Origin: Lama glama
Lineage: Eukaryota
Assembly: GCA_028534125.1 (NCBI GenBank)
Contig: CM052817.1
Span: 87,670,001 to 87,734,000, forward strand
Reading direction: 5' to 3'
DNA: 64,000 bases
Shown here in pieces: positions 61,928 through 64,000 of the stretch. A program made the translations under genes and the position numbers. Each line of letters starts with the position of its first letter. The first letter of the stretch is position 1. A model generated the notes under the pieces. The model made no database searches. It was not told the DNA's origin and saw only the letters and a list, made by a program, of their open reading frames with translations.

Positions 61928-62829
61928 CAAACTTCTAATAAGTAGTAATTCACTACAGTTTTCATAAAGATCTTCAAGATTTTTGTTGCTGTTGTTTTCC
62001 GTTAGCGCATCACTATAAGAACACAGGCATTCATTTGACATATGCATTTAAAATGTCCATGCTTCAGATCCGTGAACTTAAGTTCCATTAAATCACTGCA
62101 GTTTACATTTTACAACATACTTTATATGAGAATAAAATCTTCCTAAAACCCTTTAATAAATATAACCTTTATTACACCATATTTTATATTGTTTTCTTTT
62201 CTGAGTTTTACACTAGAATATGAGATCCTTGGTGGAATGGATTATACGTTTTATCATGTTGAGTTGTATGACACTGCCAATATTCAACTAATTTTTACCT
62301 ACTAAAAATGACAATGCCATATGATTTAATGTAATATACCCACCTCCTCAGTGGCTAGCTCACTTAAGGACATATAGGACATATAGTTGCTAAATAAATG
62401 TTCGATGGGTAAATGAAAAAATGAATGGCAATTTATATTGTAAGAATTCTTGAAACTACCTGAGTATATGTTCTTACTCTTTTTTTGACAACTGAAGAAG
62501 AAAAACAAACACAAATAAACCAGAACTCTTGCTTGCTTGCCAGGTAATATATGAAAGAAGTGATCATCCTTGCCCTGACACCACCACCACACACACCCCC
62601 ACAAATCAGGAATTCTTGCAGACTCTTTGTGTAGATTATTTCCAGTATATGCTCCACTCCTGCATGCTCAGTCAGGAAGCTCACATCTTACCCAATTACA
62701 CATATGAACAAAGGAGAATGGATGCAGATGCATCTGCACATACTGTCTAGATCTTCTTCCTGGTTGTAGCTATCTGAATAAGTGTGATCCCCTCTGTCTT
62801 AACCTCCCACTATTCTCTGCCCTCTCTGA

Positions 62830-64000
62830 AATTCTGTTCCCACATCAGTAAACTTCATTAAATCCTCAGCTTCTTTCTGAGGACAAATTTTCTTCTGTCT
62901 GCTTCTTTGTCTTAACTGAATTCAGCCCCTACTCTGAAGCCCTCTCTGGCTGGGGGCTCAGTCTTTCACGTATCTTTTCTGTCAAGGGTTTCCTCCTAGT
63001 ATGCCACTGCCACCTCAGCACCACGTGTCAACCACTGTGTCTCTACCCTGTAGAACACCTCTTACTGCTTGGAACTTCAGGCCATCTGTTCATCACCATA
63101 CTTAGCAAGCCCATGTCATAGATGAATGTAAATATCTGCTTTCTCCATGTCAGCACTCAGACAATGCTAGGGAAAAATACAGCATATTCAGGAAAATCAA
63201 TGCTACACTAAGGTCATGGTTACTGATCTCAACTAGACATCTGCCACTGCCTAGCAAACTTCTTATGTTCAGTTTCTTCCACTTTCATAACAAATTTTCA
63301 GACAAGGGTCTTTCTCCTACCACATTCTTAGCTTGATTCTTAGCTTAGTTCTGCCTTAACAAAACCAAACCTTTAAACATTCCAGCACGTTCCATCTTTC
63401 CTTGTTCTTTGTTTCTCTTATAAGTGCCATTTTCCTCTTCCTATCCAACGACCACATCCTCTTCCTGAAACCCTCCTTAGCTAATCTGGTGTTATTTATC
63501 TGCACTCTATCTACAGCATCATTTCTATTCACCACTCCCTCTACTGTCTCACTCTGATGATCCTTTGACCACACCAGGTCCTCCAATACATTGATCCTAT
63601 TAATGCTTTACTGTCTCTGAAGCCTTAATGTGCTCCCTTTCTTCCTTATCTAGCCTAAAGTAATTGCCAACCATTGAAATCAACCGTCTTGCATATACAT
63701 TGACTCTATACAGAGTATTTACTTGGTGAAACCACAAACCTGGTTAAATCCAACTCTAAGTTTGTTATAAGGTTGCTCCCTGTAGCTGAGTAGCTGGATA
63801 AAATTGTAAAATCATACAGACTGTGCTTACTTTAAATTTCTGGCATAAACTACAAATGAACCTTTAATGATGCATTTTAATCATACTAAATTTACTTAAT
63901 CCAGTCACTTTCCCATGCTTGGTAATTATTTACTCCCAATAAGTATTTTGCCATTTTTCCCCCTTTCTCTAATCTCCTTTCTAAATTTATTCAGAATATA
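62830..64000 (+). mobile_element. L2 internal (ORF) remnants, probably two copies
   Basis: Pyrimidine-rich. CTTAACTGAA (TE-TW endonuclease-like motif), AAACCACAAACCTGGTTAAATCC (KPQTWLN) and GCTGAGTAGCTGGATAAAA resemble recalled L2 ORF segments. Confidence 0.55.

Noticed and set aside
961..63586. The ORFs of the six-frame track as genes
   Set aside because: All are short (<=128 aa), low-complexity (F/L/I/K-rich), often start at TTG/GTG or lie in repeats, and none resembles a cellular protein I recognise.

Overview
AT-rich, CpG-poor placental-mammal DNA with no recognisable protein-coding gene, RNA gene or CRISPR array. The ORF track is noise, except one peptide (58083..58271, minus) that is a decayed LINE-1 ORF2 fragment. 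The window is an intergenic or deep-intronic mosaic of old repeats (L1M-type, L2, MIR, MLT1, LTR16, MER74-like LTRs, MER58A, MER63, MER5, MADE2) plus a few younger 5'-truncated L1 tails. Those tails resemble cetartiodactyl families. I saw no ruminant, cetacean or pig SINEs, which tentatively suggests a camelid. I found no convincing novel biological system. The main unexplained signals are: (i) a ~4.8 kb CpG-retention domain (22.8-27.6 kb) containing TATA-, YY1-, RE1-half-site, three octamer and MEF2 motifs, a candidate hidden promoter or enhancer; (ii) an old ~260 bp local duplication (14.4 kb / 16.6 kb); (iii) several inverted-repeat template-switch scars inside repeats; and (iv) a few + strand candidate exons, together with a minus-strand bias of LTRs. 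Repeat family names come from recalled consensus sequences and were not database-searched. Boundaries are approximate unless a target-site duplication (TSD) is given.
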